Of a stretch of 50,361 nt of DNA, positions 16,823 through 25,779 are shown piece after piece. Numbering within the stretch: position 1 is the first letter of the stretch; each line of letters begins with the position of its first letter. A program made the translations under genes and the position numbers. Origin of the DNA: a virus (taxonomy: Duplodnaviria; Caudoviricetes); the IMG/VR virus record IMGVR_UViG_3300009506_000050, positions 1 through 50,361 of that record. One strand, 5' to 3'. Under the pieces are notes generated by a model. It was not told where the DNA came from and made no database searches. It saw only the letters and a program-made list of their open reading frames with translations.

Positions 16823-18402
16823 GACTTCGGCCCTATCAGCAGGAGCAAATGGACGGTGCCCGGAGGGTATTATCAAGGGCCAGGTCCGTTCTGCTTCAGG
16901 CCCCTACCGGCTCGGGGAAAACCGTTCAGTTTACCGAGATCACTTCCAGGACCACGGCCAATGGTCACAGGACATGGATTATTGTCCCGCGCAATGAACT
17001 TCTGAAGCAGGCCAGCGAGCATCTGGCGAAATACAAGGTCCCCCATGGAGTCATAGCCGCCGGCATGAACGAAAGCAGGGCCTATAAGGTCCATACGGTA
17101 TCCAAGGATACTCTGATTCGACGGTATGAAAAAATCAAAAACTGGCCGGATCTGCTGATAATGGATGAAGCCCATTTGTATCTTGACCGCCAGATCGAGA
17201 TTGCCTCCCATCTCCCGGAGAGCACAAAGATAATTGGGTATACCGCCACGCCCGAACGGCTAGATGGCCGGGGACTTTCCACGGCCTCAGGGGGCCTTTA
17301 TGACGAGATAGTTTATGGACCTGATATAGCGGATCTGGTTGAAATGGGTTATCTCTCGAATATGAGATACTTCTGTCCCCCGCTCGAAGGATTAAAAGAG
17401 CTCCACCGCCGGGGGACGGAATTCAATCCCGACGAGCTTGATGCCTTTCTGCAGAGGCGCAAGATATATGGCGGCGCAATTCAGCATTACAGGGAGCATG
17501 CCCATAACAAGGCCGCCCTGGTATTCTGCCGCTCCGTGAAGGCCGCTGCCGAGACCGCCCAGAGGTTCAATGATGCTGGCTATGCCTTCGAGAATATAGA
17601 CGGGAAAATGTCATATGCCAAAAGGAAAGGGCTAATAGACGCCTTGCGCACCGGAAGGCTCCACGGCCTCACATCCTGCGAGCTCATCACCTATGGCTTG
17701 GACGTGCCGCGTGTGGAATGCATAATCATGTTGAGGCCCACGCTTTCCCGGACGCTCTATTTTCAGATGATAGGCCGGGGACTCCGCCCTTCGCCCGGAA
17801 AGAATCATTGCATTATCCTCGATCACGTTGGAAATCTCCAGGAGCATGGCCATCCGCTCGAGACCTATGATTGGCAATTCCATGGGCGCGAGAAACGCAA
17901 TAACAGGGAGGGAGTATCCAAATCCATCCTGAAGCTATGCGATACCTGCTTCCTGTATTACGAGGGCAACAAATGCCCCTATTGCGGCGGCCAGAGGGAC
18001 GGCAGAAAAAGGGCTGATTTACAGGAAGTGGACGGCAGGCTCATAGAGGCGAAGGGCCCCGTCGAATTGAAGGCGCGGCCCATGGAAGAGCAAAGGGAGA
18101 TAACCGACCGTATCAACGAGCTTTGCGAGCAATGCCAGATAAGGCCCGACGATAATGTTCTGGAACTGGATCTAAGCGTTGTTTCCGAACTTCTGAGCAT
18201 AGCCGCCGCCCTCGGCTATGATGAAAAATGGGTCTATCACAGGGTTTCAAACGGAAGCATGGCCATAAACTATCCCCTGCTTCATGCCATAGCAAAAGTC
18301 AAGGGTTACAAGCCCGGATGGGCATGGTACCAGGGAAAGGAACTGGGCGGCAAGAAAGAATACAGCAGTACAGGAAAGGAGATACGGAAATATCATGGAT
18401 AA
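16819..18402 (+). CDS. SF2 DEAD/DEAH helicase (RadD/YejH-like) with a C-terminal Zn ribbon
   Basis: LRPYQ, APTGSGKT, DEAH, TATPER, G.DVP, QMIGRGLR, CDTC/CPYC. Confidence 0.93.
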   Translation: MRLRPYQQEQMDGARRVLSRARSVLLQAPTGSGKTVQFTEITSRTTANGHRTWIIVPRNELLKQASEHLAKYKVPHGVIAAGMNESRAYKVHTVSKDTLIRRYEKIKNWPDLLIMDEAHLYLDRQIEIASHLPESTKIIGYTATPERLDGRGLSTASGGLYDEIVYGPDIADLVEMGYLSNMRYFCPPLEGLKELHRRGTEFNPDELDAFLQRRKIYGGAIQHYREHAHNKAALVFCRSVKAAAETAQRFNDAGYAFENIDGKMSYAKRKGLIDALRTGRLHGLTSCELITYGLDVPRVECIIMLRPTLSRTLYFQMIGRGLRPSPGKNHCIILDHVGNLQEHGHPLETYDWQFHGREKRNNREGVSKSILKLCDTCFLYYEGNKCPYCGGQRDGRKRADLQEVDGRLIEAKGPVELKARPMEEQREITDRINELCEQCQIRPDDNVLELDLSVVSELLSIAAALGYDEKWVYHRVSNGSMAINYPLLHAIAKVKGYKPGWAWYQGKELGGKKEYSSTGKEIRKYHG

Positions 18403-18580
18403 ATTCACAATAAGGGGGGCTGCCATAATGATATTCTATCTGGCACCCCTGACGATAATTCTGGAAATGATCGTGCGTCTCGGAAGGCTTATCAAGAGGA
18501 TCTATAAATTGCTGCATATCGCCGGCGAGCACCTGGCGCGGCATATTAACGATATCATGATCAGGTATAATTTGTCTTGA
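18395..18580 (+). CDS. Small membrane protein
   Basis: SD AAGGAG; hydrophobic segment. Confidence 0.4.
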   Translation: MDKFTIRGAAIMIFYLAPLTIILEMIVRLGRLIKRIYKLLHIAGEHLARHINDIMIRYNLS

Positions 18581-18618
18581 ATAAAATATGATTGAAGGGG
18601 GAAACTACCATGCAGGGA

Positions 18619-18960
18619 TTATCTTCGAATCACATTAAAATAGCCTCCCATGCGCTCAAGGAGGCTTCCAAACGCCTTTTGTGCCTTGGACAGATCGCCG
18701 GACACCTTGACTTCCATACCCGTGAAAACCGCGACTCTCTGGCCTACCATCTCGGGAGTGATCTCAATGGTGGTCCAGCCGCAGATATCCGGCCATCCGT
18801 CGGGGGCGGCATGCAGCGGGCGGGGAGTCTCAATTACAATCAGGGAAGGTTCACGTCTTAATATCTTGCCGGCCCATCCCATACCGGAATTGATTCTGAA
18901 GAGCCTTTGATCCGGGGGGACAGCGGCAAGTATCTCTCTTATCTTGTCGCCTTCGCGCAT
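18619..18960 (-). CDS. VRR-NUC-like PD-(D/E)xK nuclease
   Basis: LFRINSG, GWPDICG, F.GMEVK..G.LS..Q..F......GG. Confidence 0.8.
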   Translation of the reverse strand: MREGDKIREILAAVPPDQRLFRINSGMGWAGKILRREPSLIVIETPRPLHAAPDGWPDICGWTTIEITPEMVGQRVAVFTGMEVKVSGDLSKAQKAFGSLLERMGGYFNVIRR

Positions 18961-18974
18961 TTACTATTCTAGCA
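18961..18974 (-). promoter_or_regulatory. Extended -10 TG-C-TAGAAT, 5 nt before ATG (leaderless)
   Basis: TAGAAT 18971-18966, AGTAA spacer, ATG 18960. Confidence 0.55.
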
Positions 18975-18975
18975 T

Positions 18976-19017
18976 AAAAGTTGAGGCCGGAAGCTCTCGC
19001 AAGCTATCCGGCCTCAA
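18976..19017 (-). terminator. Intrinsic terminator ending the late operon and the sRNA candidate
   Basis: TTGAGGCCGGA/TCCGGCCTCAA 11-bp stem, inner AGCT/AGCT, then CTTTT on the minus strand. Confidence 0.75.
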
Positions 19018-19049
19018 GCTGCCGTAGGAGACGGTAATTGATTATATCA
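18976..19049 (-). ncRNA. Candidate ~60-nt sRNA with anti-SD loop (span includes its promoter)
   Basis: TG-A-TATAAT (19049-19041), then ACCGU-CUCCU-ACGGC hairpin, then the terminator. Confidence 0.45.
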
Positions 19050-19051
19050 TA

Positions 19052-19822
19052 TCAGGCGGCAAATAAGGCCTCGATTCTTGCCATTTCGTCCTGATACCAT
19101 TTCTGCGCTTGTTTCAGGGCCCCTGCATCTCCCTTGATCTCGAGCTCGGAGCGAAGGGATTCCGCCGCCTTGAGGGCCTGCGATTCCCTTTTCTCTTTTT
19201 CCCTTGCCCTGGCATCTTCGGGAAGGGCGGCAATAATATCCTTTTCAATCTCAAGCCATTGGGCTTCTGTCATTTTTTCATCCAGAACCGCATCGGAGGG
19301 TACCTTGTCGCCGAGCCTGACAATATCCGTGCGGCCCCACTTGCCTTTTACCTTGCGGAAAAAGGTTTTTCCCCGGTGGTCCTCCACGGTCGAACCCTCA
19401 AGGGTTATGTATGTACCCTGGGGACGCTTTTTTACGGCATCCAGGAGCTTGTGGGCCTCAGAGGCTACCACGATAACTTCCCCGTTTCTCGGCGTGAAAT
19501 AGACAGCATTCTCGCGCTTCAGGGAGTCTATTTTTTCCTTGAGGGCGATGGCCAGCGGCCTTGCCTCTTCCTGGCGGACCTGCATCCGGGCCTGGGCATC
19601 CTTGTAGGCGGAAGCGTCCCCCTTTTTCTTGGCCGTTATCATGGCTTCGCAGGCATCGGCGAATTCGGCCTTTTTGGCCTCGACCGCCTTCCATTCGTCG
19701 GTTTCCTTCAGAATCACGGAAACCTTCCGGTTAGTTTCCACCGGGTCGATCGTCGGGTTATCGAAGCCTATGATTATTTTATGGCCGTCCACTTCCTGAT
19801 ATAGAACCGTTTTGTTCTGCAT
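19052..19822 (-). CDS. Hypothetical protein, last gene of the tail operon (possible fibre-associated chaperone)
   Basis: SD AAGGAAGGA; charged helical protein; function guessed from position only. Confidence 0.65.
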   Translation of the reverse strand: MQNKTVLYQEVDGHKIIIGFDNPTIDPVETNRKVSVILKETDEWKAVEAKKAEFADACEAMITAKKKGDASAYKDAQARMQVRQEEARPLAIALKEKIDSLKRENAVYFTPRNGEVIVVASEAHKLLDAVKKRPQGTYITLEGSTVEDHRGKTFFRKVKGKWGRTDIVRLGDKVPSDAVLDEKMTEAQWLEIEKDIIAALPEDARAREKEKRESQALKAAESLRSELEIKGDAGALKQAQKWYQDEMARIEALFAA

Positions 19823-19836
19823 GCTGTCCTTCCTTT

Positions 19837-20652
19837 CTAGTACCAGATAACATATTTTGTTGAAACATTGATCATGCGCGTTTCGGAAGATGTGCGCGGA
19901 GTGCCGTTAACACCGTCGGTTTTCGGCAACGAGGTTTGTCCCTGCGATGTCGGGCTTATAACAGAAGCGTCCGGGCGGACTGTAGCTGATCCAGGAACCT
20001 CGCTAGTAATAGCGCCATATATCCACATTGTAGTCGCGGTGTAGCCAATTCCATTATAGAACAAGTGCCCCTGGAAGGCGTCATTCTGCACGTCTCCCAG
20101 ATAACGGCTGGCGCCATCGGGGTCCACGCTGGCGGCGGTATCCAGGCCGCGGGGAACATATCCCCGCCTGTCCGGCAGGATAAGGTAAGCCCCGGCTGTG
20201 TTGGGAGTCGTGCCTGCGGCATCATCGGCATGGTAATAAAATCCACCGCCTGCGGCCACGGCTGCATTATTTGCATCCCCCACATAGACAGCGGCGTCAA
20301 GGTCGGGATAGTTTGCCCTCAAAATGCCTTGGCCGGTGAGTAAAAGGCATCTGTGTCCCGTTGTCCCCGGATCGTCTTTCAGATTCCATTCCGTCACTAT
20401 GCCCGGAGGGGCCCCGAATCCTTTCTGAAGGGCTTCTTTTGTCTGGGAAGCCGAGGCGGATTCAACGACTCCGTTGGGCGTAAGCCCGGCATGATCAAGT
20501 ATCATCTGCTGAAACCCGAACATGTAATTATCAATCATTGTCGCGATGAATTCCGTCCCATCCTGTGCTCCCGGGGCCGATACGTCAATTGCCCCCGAAT
20601 CAGGGAAAGCATTACCGTCATAATTGAAAACTGCCGCTATATCAATAGCCAT
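19837..20652 (-). CDS. Tail fibre / tail-collar-domain protein A
   Basis: PPG.V.EW, L.GQ.I.RA.YPDL, LPD.RG..PRGLD, G.VQ.DAFQGH, C-terminal ETR..N....VI.Y. Confidence 0.8.
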   Translation of the reverse strand: MAIDIAAVFNYDGNAFPDSGAIDVSAPGAQDGTEFIATMIDNYMFGFQQMILDHAGLTPNGVVESASASQTKEALQKGFGAPPGIVTEWNLKDDPGTTGHRCLLLTGQGILRANYPDLDAAVYVGDANNAAVAAGGGFYYHADDAAGTTPNTAGAYLILPDRRGYVPRGLDTAASVDPDGASRYLGDVQNDAFQGHLFYNGIGYTATTMWIYGAITSEVPGSATVRPDASVISPTSQGQTSLPKTDGVNGTPRTSSETRMINVSTKYVIWY

Positions 20653-20753
20653 GCCTTATTCTTGCCTCCCTAGTATAAGATAACCCATTTTGTGGCTATG
20701 TTGATCATGCGCGTTTCGGAAGATGTGCGCGGAGTGCCGTTAACACCGTCGGT
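19868..20753. repeat. 53-bp identical direct repeat (19868-19920 and 20701-20753) shared by the two fibre genes
   Basis: TTGATCATGCGCG...CACCGTCGGT is identical in both; further near-identical blocks at ~20120-20238/20947-21065 and ~20277-20334/21093-21149. Confidence 0.9.
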
Positions 20754-21461
20754 AACTGGCGATGTGGTCTCAACCCTTGGATCTGTTTTTGTGCCTCCCC
20801 ACGTCATGTCATTACCATTTGCGCTTGCCCCGGTTGCATTCGTATCAACCGCTATCTGGTCTGTCCCCTGAGTCGTCTGTATATTATGCCAGTGTCCCTG
20901 AAGGGCGTCATTCTGTATGCTTCCGACATCCCGGCTTGCGCCGTCTGGGTCCACGCTGGCGGCGGTATCCAGGCCGCGGGGGACATATCCCCGCCTGTCC
21001 GGAAGGATAAGATAAGCCCCGGCGGTATTGCGGCTCGTGCCTGCGGCATCGTCGGCATGGTAATATGCGCTAGCGGTAGGGTTTGCGGAGTCCCCCACAT
21101 AGACAGCGGCGTCAAGGTCGGGATAGTTCGCCCTCAAAATGCCTTGGCCATTCAGCAGAAGACGTCTCCGGCCCACCGTTGCGGGGTCGTCGGCTAGGTT
21201 CCATTCCACTATCTCGCCCGGGCCTATGAAGCCCTTTTGTATGGCTTCGAGCCTCTGCGATGCTCCGGCGGCCTCTGTAACGCCATCCGGCGTAAGTCCG
21301 GCATAATCCATGAGGGCCTGGTTAAATCCCCATAGATCGTCAATAAATGCCTTGACGAATTCCGTCCCGTCCTGAGTGGTGGGCGTCGTCGAATTTATCC
21401 CCTTGGTATTGGGAAAAGCCGCCCCATCAGTATAAACAAAGGTTGTAAAATAATTAACCAT
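20670..21461 (-). CDS. Tail fibre / tail-collar-domain protein B (paralogue of A)
   Basis: Same motifs as A, with QGHWH; SD GGAGGG before ATG 21461. Confidence 0.8.
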   Translation of the reverse strand: MVNYFTTFVYTDGAAFPNTKGINSTTPTTQDGTEFVKAFIDDLWGFNQALMDYAGLTPDGVTEAAGASQRLEAIQKGFIGPGEIVEWNLADDPATVGRRRLLLNGQGILRANYPDLDAAVYVGDSANPTASAYYHADDAAGTSRNTAGAYLILPDRRGYVPRGLDTAASVDPDGASRDVGSIQNDALQGHWHNIQTTQGTDQIAVDTNATGASANGNDMTWGGTKTDPRVETTSPVTDGVNGTPRTSSETRMINIATKWVILY

Positions 21462-21475
21462 GATGCTTCCCTCCG

Positions 21476-22912
21476 TTAAGCATAATAAACTATCAGGGCC
21501 GCCCACGTATAGAGCGGCTTGTACTTCAGTATGAGGCTCTTGAATTCGGATTCCCTGGCGACATCTATCTCGGCGAAATTTATTCCTGTCAGGGATTGCT
21601 CGTCGCTCCGATAGAATTCCACATCATCCATATATGCAATACCAGTCGGAGTCCCATCCCATAGCTGCTTTATTCGTATCTTTGCTGCTGTCAGGGGGAT
21701 ATCGAAATCCTGTCCAGCCCCCGCCCTACCGATGGTTTTTGTTGTCTGCTCATAACCGCTTGTAACCGCAGTCTTTGTCAGAAGCGTTATTGTGGAAATG
21801 AGCATATCATCGCTGTCCCTGAATTCAAGGACATTCCTGTAATTGCCAGCCGTATAGGCATTCACTTCATTTTGCGCCTTTACGGTATAGGAGTGGAAGG
21901 GATTTATATCATAGGAAACGCCTTCGGCCCCATCTGTATTCGCGCCGGTTGCTTCAAGCCTGGAGGCGTATTCGCCCGAACTGACATTAAAAGCTCTGCA
22001 GGTCCATGTTACGGTACCGTCCACCACCGTGTTTCCCGGTGTCGTGGGCCATATCGGCTCGGCCCCTCCGGAAGTCCCGGCCACCGTCACTTCATACTTG
22101 AAGCCGTTATTGACAGTGGGGACCCTGAAATCCCCCAAGACATATGCTGTTGTGGCCGCCCATTGCGTATAGCCTGGATATCCCTCGAGCGTGGCGTTAT
22201 TCTGCGTCCATTCATCGAAATTGCCGAATTCAAAACCGCCATTCAGCAGGAGTTCTATAAAGCCGTAAGTGGCCGCGCCCCCAACAAAGAACACGAAAGG
22301 CCAGTATTTGGGGTCCGTGGGGATATCATAGACTTTCTTTTCGCTCTGAGAAGTTATATACGAACCGGAAAATCCATCGCCCGACCACATTGCTCCGGAC
22401 AGCGAATCATAAACTTTCTCTGTTGAAAATATATCGCCATTTACCAGGAGCTCGCCTATGCTTTTGCTGGCGAATGCTCCGGACATTCCGGCATATCCGG
22501 TCTCGCCTCCGGCCCACATGGCAAAGCCTCCACTAATGAAAATAGCCGGGTCCACCGCCGGGCTATTCTGATAAACATGCACATCAAAACCTGAATTCTG
22601 GAGCGCGGTTTCAAGATCGTCATCAGTCCCATTGCCATTTTTGTTATAAACCAGTTCCGCAAGCCTCTGGCGTCTGGTAGCCTCTGAGATATTGCTATTA
22701 AAGGGAAAGCCGAATTCCCTTTCCAGGTCCGCCAGGATAATCGTCTTGTTTGGATTCCTCAGGTCCGAAAGCTGCGAAAGAAATGTCCGGATGACTTCGT
22801 AATTATCGCCCATACCTTCGAGCAGAAGATCAAGATCGCCATCCTCTTCGGGTTCCCAGACAGAACCTTTCGGCTCTAAATCATTTATCATTGCGCGTGT
22901 GAGCCTAGACAT
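21476..22912 (-). CDS. Baseplate wedge protein (Mu gp48/YmfQ-like) with inserted carbohydrate-binding-like domains
   Basis: L.P.G.VW, DLEREFG, RRQRL, C-terminal ILKYKP; follows the baseplate J gene. Confidence 0.7.
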   Translation of the reverse strand: MSRLTRAMINDLEPKGSVWEPEEDGDLDLLLEGMGDNYEVIRTFLSQLSDLRNPNKTIILADLEREFGFPFNSNISEATRRQRLAELVYNKNGNGTDDDLETALQNSGFDVHVYQNSPAVDPAIFISGGFAMWAGGETGYAGMSGAFASKSIGELLVNGDIFSTEKVYDSLSGAMWSGDGFSGSYITSQSEKKVYDIPTDPKYWPFVFFVGGAATYGFIELLLNGGFEFGNFDEWTQNNATLEGYPGYTQWAATTAYVLGDFRVPTVNNGFKYEVTVAGTSGGAEPIWPTTPGNTVVDGTVTWTCRAFNVSSGEYASRLEATGANTDGAEGVSYDINPFHSYTVKAQNEVNAYTAGNYRNVLEFRDSDDMLISTITLLTKTAVTSGYEQTTKTIGRAGAGQDFDIPLTAAKIRIKQLWDGTPTGIAYMDDVEFYRSDEQSLTGINFAEIDVARESEFKSLILKYKPLYTWAALIVYYA

Positions 22913-24113
22913 ATGATACCGATATAAGCTTTGCGAGTTCGCCGGCATTAAGGATGTAATCCGTAAGAAAAACGCCTATCACTATGCCGAAACCGACCTC
23001 TTCAGCCGTGCCGCCGCTTGTGCTCAGAACATCCTGGACCACATTGGATATCGTCAGGTCGGTTATCTTGTCTTCCCGGTCGAGCACACTGTCAAGCCCA
23101 TCAACAAAAGGCTTTATGCGAAGGAAATAAGCCGTCAGGGCATCCAGTATTTCCGTTTTCACATCCGATTCGATATCGGGAAGTACGGAAAGTCCAGTTA
23201 TCCGCACATAAAAACCTGTGCGATAAATGGATTCGACATAAAGGGTATCGTTTGTCAGGCCCAGAGGTTGCCTTGAAAGCCCCGTTATCGGATCCGTTAT
23301 GATCGTTGCCCGGACCTCATCAAGCAGGGATTGCGGGGCGATGCCGTCAGGGTCGATTGTGGTATCAGCCTCTATGTAAATCGTCCTGTCTGGCGGGTTT
23401 TCCTCGAGAAGCAGGGTCACGGGCTTTCCGGAATAAGGATATGCCCGGGCGACTCCTGCGACTTCCTGCGCCCACAAGCGGAAATCAGCCGTGTTGCCGC
23501 CGCCAGTTACCGCCCTTATGGCGTCCAGGATTCTTATCTTGTAGGCGGCGTCCGTCTCTTTTTCCGCCCCGGTATTCAGGATGGCCGTTGTCTCGCCGGT
23601 TATCACTGCAACCGTGGCCACGGTCTCAGCCCCGGCAACCTGTGTCCCGATGGAAAGGGTATCTCCAGCCTGGAGATTTCCGATGGCTCCTAGTTCTTCC
23701 GCCGTCAATATCATCTCCGCCACTCCGGATGTCGGGTCTCCGATCTCATAGGACGAATCCAGAAAGTATCTGACACCATTGGCGTCCCCGATGAAATCCA
23801 CTGTCTGGGGTATTATCGTCGTATCTATTCCCGGAAGTGTAGCCGTCAGGACAGTGGCCTCGGCGGCCTTGCGCGTGATATCGTATTCCTCGCCTATAGC
23901 GTCAAGTCCCTCCCCAAATGCCGATATCGCCAGAATCTGTTTTGCCTTGTAGGCCGCATATTTGTAAAGAGATGTAAAGGCAATGCCTTCGATAGCAGAA
24001 AGCACCCGAAGGAAAGCCTTGTCATTTAGCGGGCTTGTTTGTGAGAGCTTGCCTTCTAGATTGGAAAGGAATTGATCTATTATTGCCTGCGTTGTCGGAA
24101 CATTAAAGGACAT
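22905..24113 (-). CDS. Baseplate J / Mu gp47-like protein
   Basis: GLD.IG..Y.ITRKAA, G..GN, G.EKETD..Y..RI, GG...DF..WA.EV.GV.RAY. Confidence 0.9.
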   Translation of the reverse strand: MSFNVPTTQAIIDQFLSNLEGKLSQTSPLNDKAFLRVLSAIEGIAFTSLYKYAAYKAKQILAISAFGEGLDAIGEEYDITRKAAEATVLTATLPGIDTTIIPQTVDFIGDANGVRYFLDSSYEIGDPTSGVAEMILTAEELGAIGNLQAGDTLSIGTQVAGAETVATVAVITGETTAILNTGAEKETDAAYKIRILDAIRAVTGGGNTADFRLWAQEVAGVARAYPYSGKPVTLLLEENPPDRTIYIEADTTIDPDGIAPQSLLDEVRATIITDPITGLSRQPLGLTNDTLYVESIYRTGFYVRITGLSVLPDIESDVKTEILDALTAYFLRIKPFVDGLDSVLDREDKITDLTISNVVQDVLSTSGGTAEEVGFGIVIGVFLTDYILNAGELAKLISVSYV

Positions 24114-24133
24114 ATCTCTTCACCGCCTCATAC

Positions 24134-24571
24134 TCATATTCTTTTATGCGCGGGATTCATTGCCTGCGCCTGCCAGTTCAAACCGTTTCTTGTTAATATC
24201 AGGGTGCGGATATCCTGTCCCGGGGGTTCGATAAGTATGGTTATCTCGAGCCTGTCAGATACCGGATTGATGGCCGTGGCAGTTACTTTCCCGAAGGCCG
24301 GAGACTCCAGGGCCCTGACTGCGGCCTGTTCGATATCAGTCAGGGATTGAAGCGTTATGGGTTTTCTGGTAGCTTCAAGAAAATCAGAGCCTATCTTCTG
24401 ATCCGGGTTCTGGAAGAATATATTCCCCGCCCATCCGGGCATGGTGAACAAGGCTATGATGGCATGGTTTGCGAATCCCTGATCCATGACCGGCTGGCCG
24501 CCCTTGAAGGTAAGGGTCGAACCGTCCGGCCCGAGCGTCAGATATGGGTCCCCCGAGAAGATATCAATCAT
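24134..24571 (-). CDS. Baseplate protein (Mu gp46-like)
   Basis: D.G...A.IIALFT..GW.GN......IGS; position before J. Confidence 0.75.
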   Translation of the reverse strand: MIDIFSGDPYLTLGPDGSTLTFKGGQPVMDQGFANHAIIALFTMPGWAGNIFFQNPDQKIGSDFLEATRKPITLQSLTDIEQAAVRALESPAFGKVTATAINPVSDRLEITILIEPPGQDIRTLILTRNGLNWQAQAMNPAHKRI

Positions 24572-24707
24572 AATATTCTGATTCAGCCTCTTTCAATATT
24601 GGACATTGCAGATGATAATTAACGCCTTTGGTGCAATTAGAACAAACACCAACAAAATTTAAAAGTTTGCATTTTCTTTTCATATATACGATAAATGGAT
24701 TACTCAT
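24564..24707 (-). CDS. 47-aa Cys-rich AT-rich ORF (not in the ORF track)
   Basis: MSNPF...CKLL...CSNC...LQCP; SD GAGGGTG. Confidence 0.45.
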   Translation of the reverse strand: MSNPFIVYMKRKCKLLNFVGVCSNCTKGVNYHLQCPILKEAESEYYD

Positions 24708-24716
24708 CAATCACCC

Positions 24717-24923
24717 TCAAAACCTTCCAGTATGAAATCTATCATGCCGTTTATCTTGCCCCATATCCATTTTAAAGTATGCATGATATTTTACCGCTAA
24801 TTGCTCGGCTGCTTTCTTTAATATTTCACGACGCTTACCATCAGGCAATTCATGAATATGAACAAAAAAATATTTTTGGGAGATATAATCAGCATGTGAA
24901 TATACCAATCTTCTTACCATCAT
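24717..24923 (-). CDS. AT-rich hypothetical protein
   Basis: ATGA overlap with the spike gene. Confidence 0.5.
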   Translation of the reverse strand: MMVRRLVYSHADYISQKYFFVHIHELPDGKRREILKKAAEQLAVKYHAYFKMDMGQDKRHDRFHTGRF

Positions 24924-25486
24924 GGCAGTTTCACCTCGTCAACCTTGGCCCCCGAAAGATCAAGGGTTATTGTGCCCGGAGTCCCCGAGCCGTCCAGCTT
25001 TCCCGCCAGGGCAGTGTTTATGGCCGCCACAAGGCCCTGGAGTATGGTATTGAGAGCATCGAATCTGACTGCGAAATCACTGTTTCCATTGACCTCTATT
25101 ATACCAGAGGCCAGCAGTTTTATGAATGCCGAACTTCCCTCGATATCGATCTCGCCCGTCTTGAGTAGCTTGATAAATGCCTGTATCGCACCCGCATCGT
25201 CAAGGGAATATATTCTCTTTTCACCGGTATTCATTGCCGGGACAATCCCGTCATCGGCCCCTATGGCTATCTTGTAAGAACTTCCGATAGTGAAAACAAA
25301 TACTTTTGTCCCGTTTATGGGATTTTCATCCTGTCCCGGGATAGGGACATACTCGACTGTCTGGATATCGTCGGGGCTTGACATCTCCACCTGCAGCATG
25401 AGGCGGCTGGTGGTCCCGTCACGGTTTTTCTTTATCTCGCGGCCACGGACTATGCCTGTTTTGGATGCCAACCGATATCCTCCCAT
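24920..25486 (-). CDS. Baseplate spike (Mu gp45-like)
   Basis: OB-like N-terminus, GEKRIYS, beta-helix repeats I.L..GEI.I; start reassigned to MGGY. Confidence 0.75.
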   Translation of the reverse strand: MGGYRLASKTGIVRGREIKKNRDGTTSRLMLQVEMSSPDDIQTVEYVPIPGQDENPINGTKVFVFTIGSSYKIAIGADDGIVPAMNTGEKRIYSLDDAGAIQAFIKLLKTGEIDIEGSSAFIKLLASGIIEVNGNSDFAVRFDALNTILQGLVAAINTALAGKLDGSGTPGTITLDLSGAKVDEVKLP

Positions 25487-25779
25487 GTCAGATGCTCTAT
25501 TTTCATGCCTGTCTGCTGTGCGTTCCTGTATTCGCGGAGTGCGCCCGGGCTGTGCTCCCAGTCCGGAAGGAAAAAGGCCGTGCCTCCCCTGCAAACCCAC
25601 ATCATCGCAAAACAGATGGACATGTAATCCTCATAATCAAAGCCATCCGGCATTATTGCGGGCGACATGACAACGTAACCCCTTGTCCTGAGGTATTCAG
25701 CGGCCCTGGAAAATTTGTCCCGGTATTCCGGATCTCCAGTAATTTTCCCGGCGATGTATGCTTTCTTATTCAGGCCCAT
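25450..25779 (-). CDS. DUF4406 family protein
   Basis: YIAGKITG...Y..KF..A..YL...GY.V.SPA...YM.IC.AM...LPDWE.SPGA..E. Confidence 0.88.
   Translation of the reverse strand: MGLNKKAYIAGKITGDPEYRDKFSRAAEYLRTRGYVVMSPAIMPDGFDYEDYMSICFAMMWVCRGGTAFFLPDWEHSPGALREYRNAQQTGMKIEHLTWEDIGWHPKQA

Noticed and set aside
19837-21461. Diversity-generating retroelement (TR/VR pair) in the fibre repeats
   Set aside because: No reverse transcriptase; both copies are coding; the differences are not adenine-specific and the tips cannot be aligned
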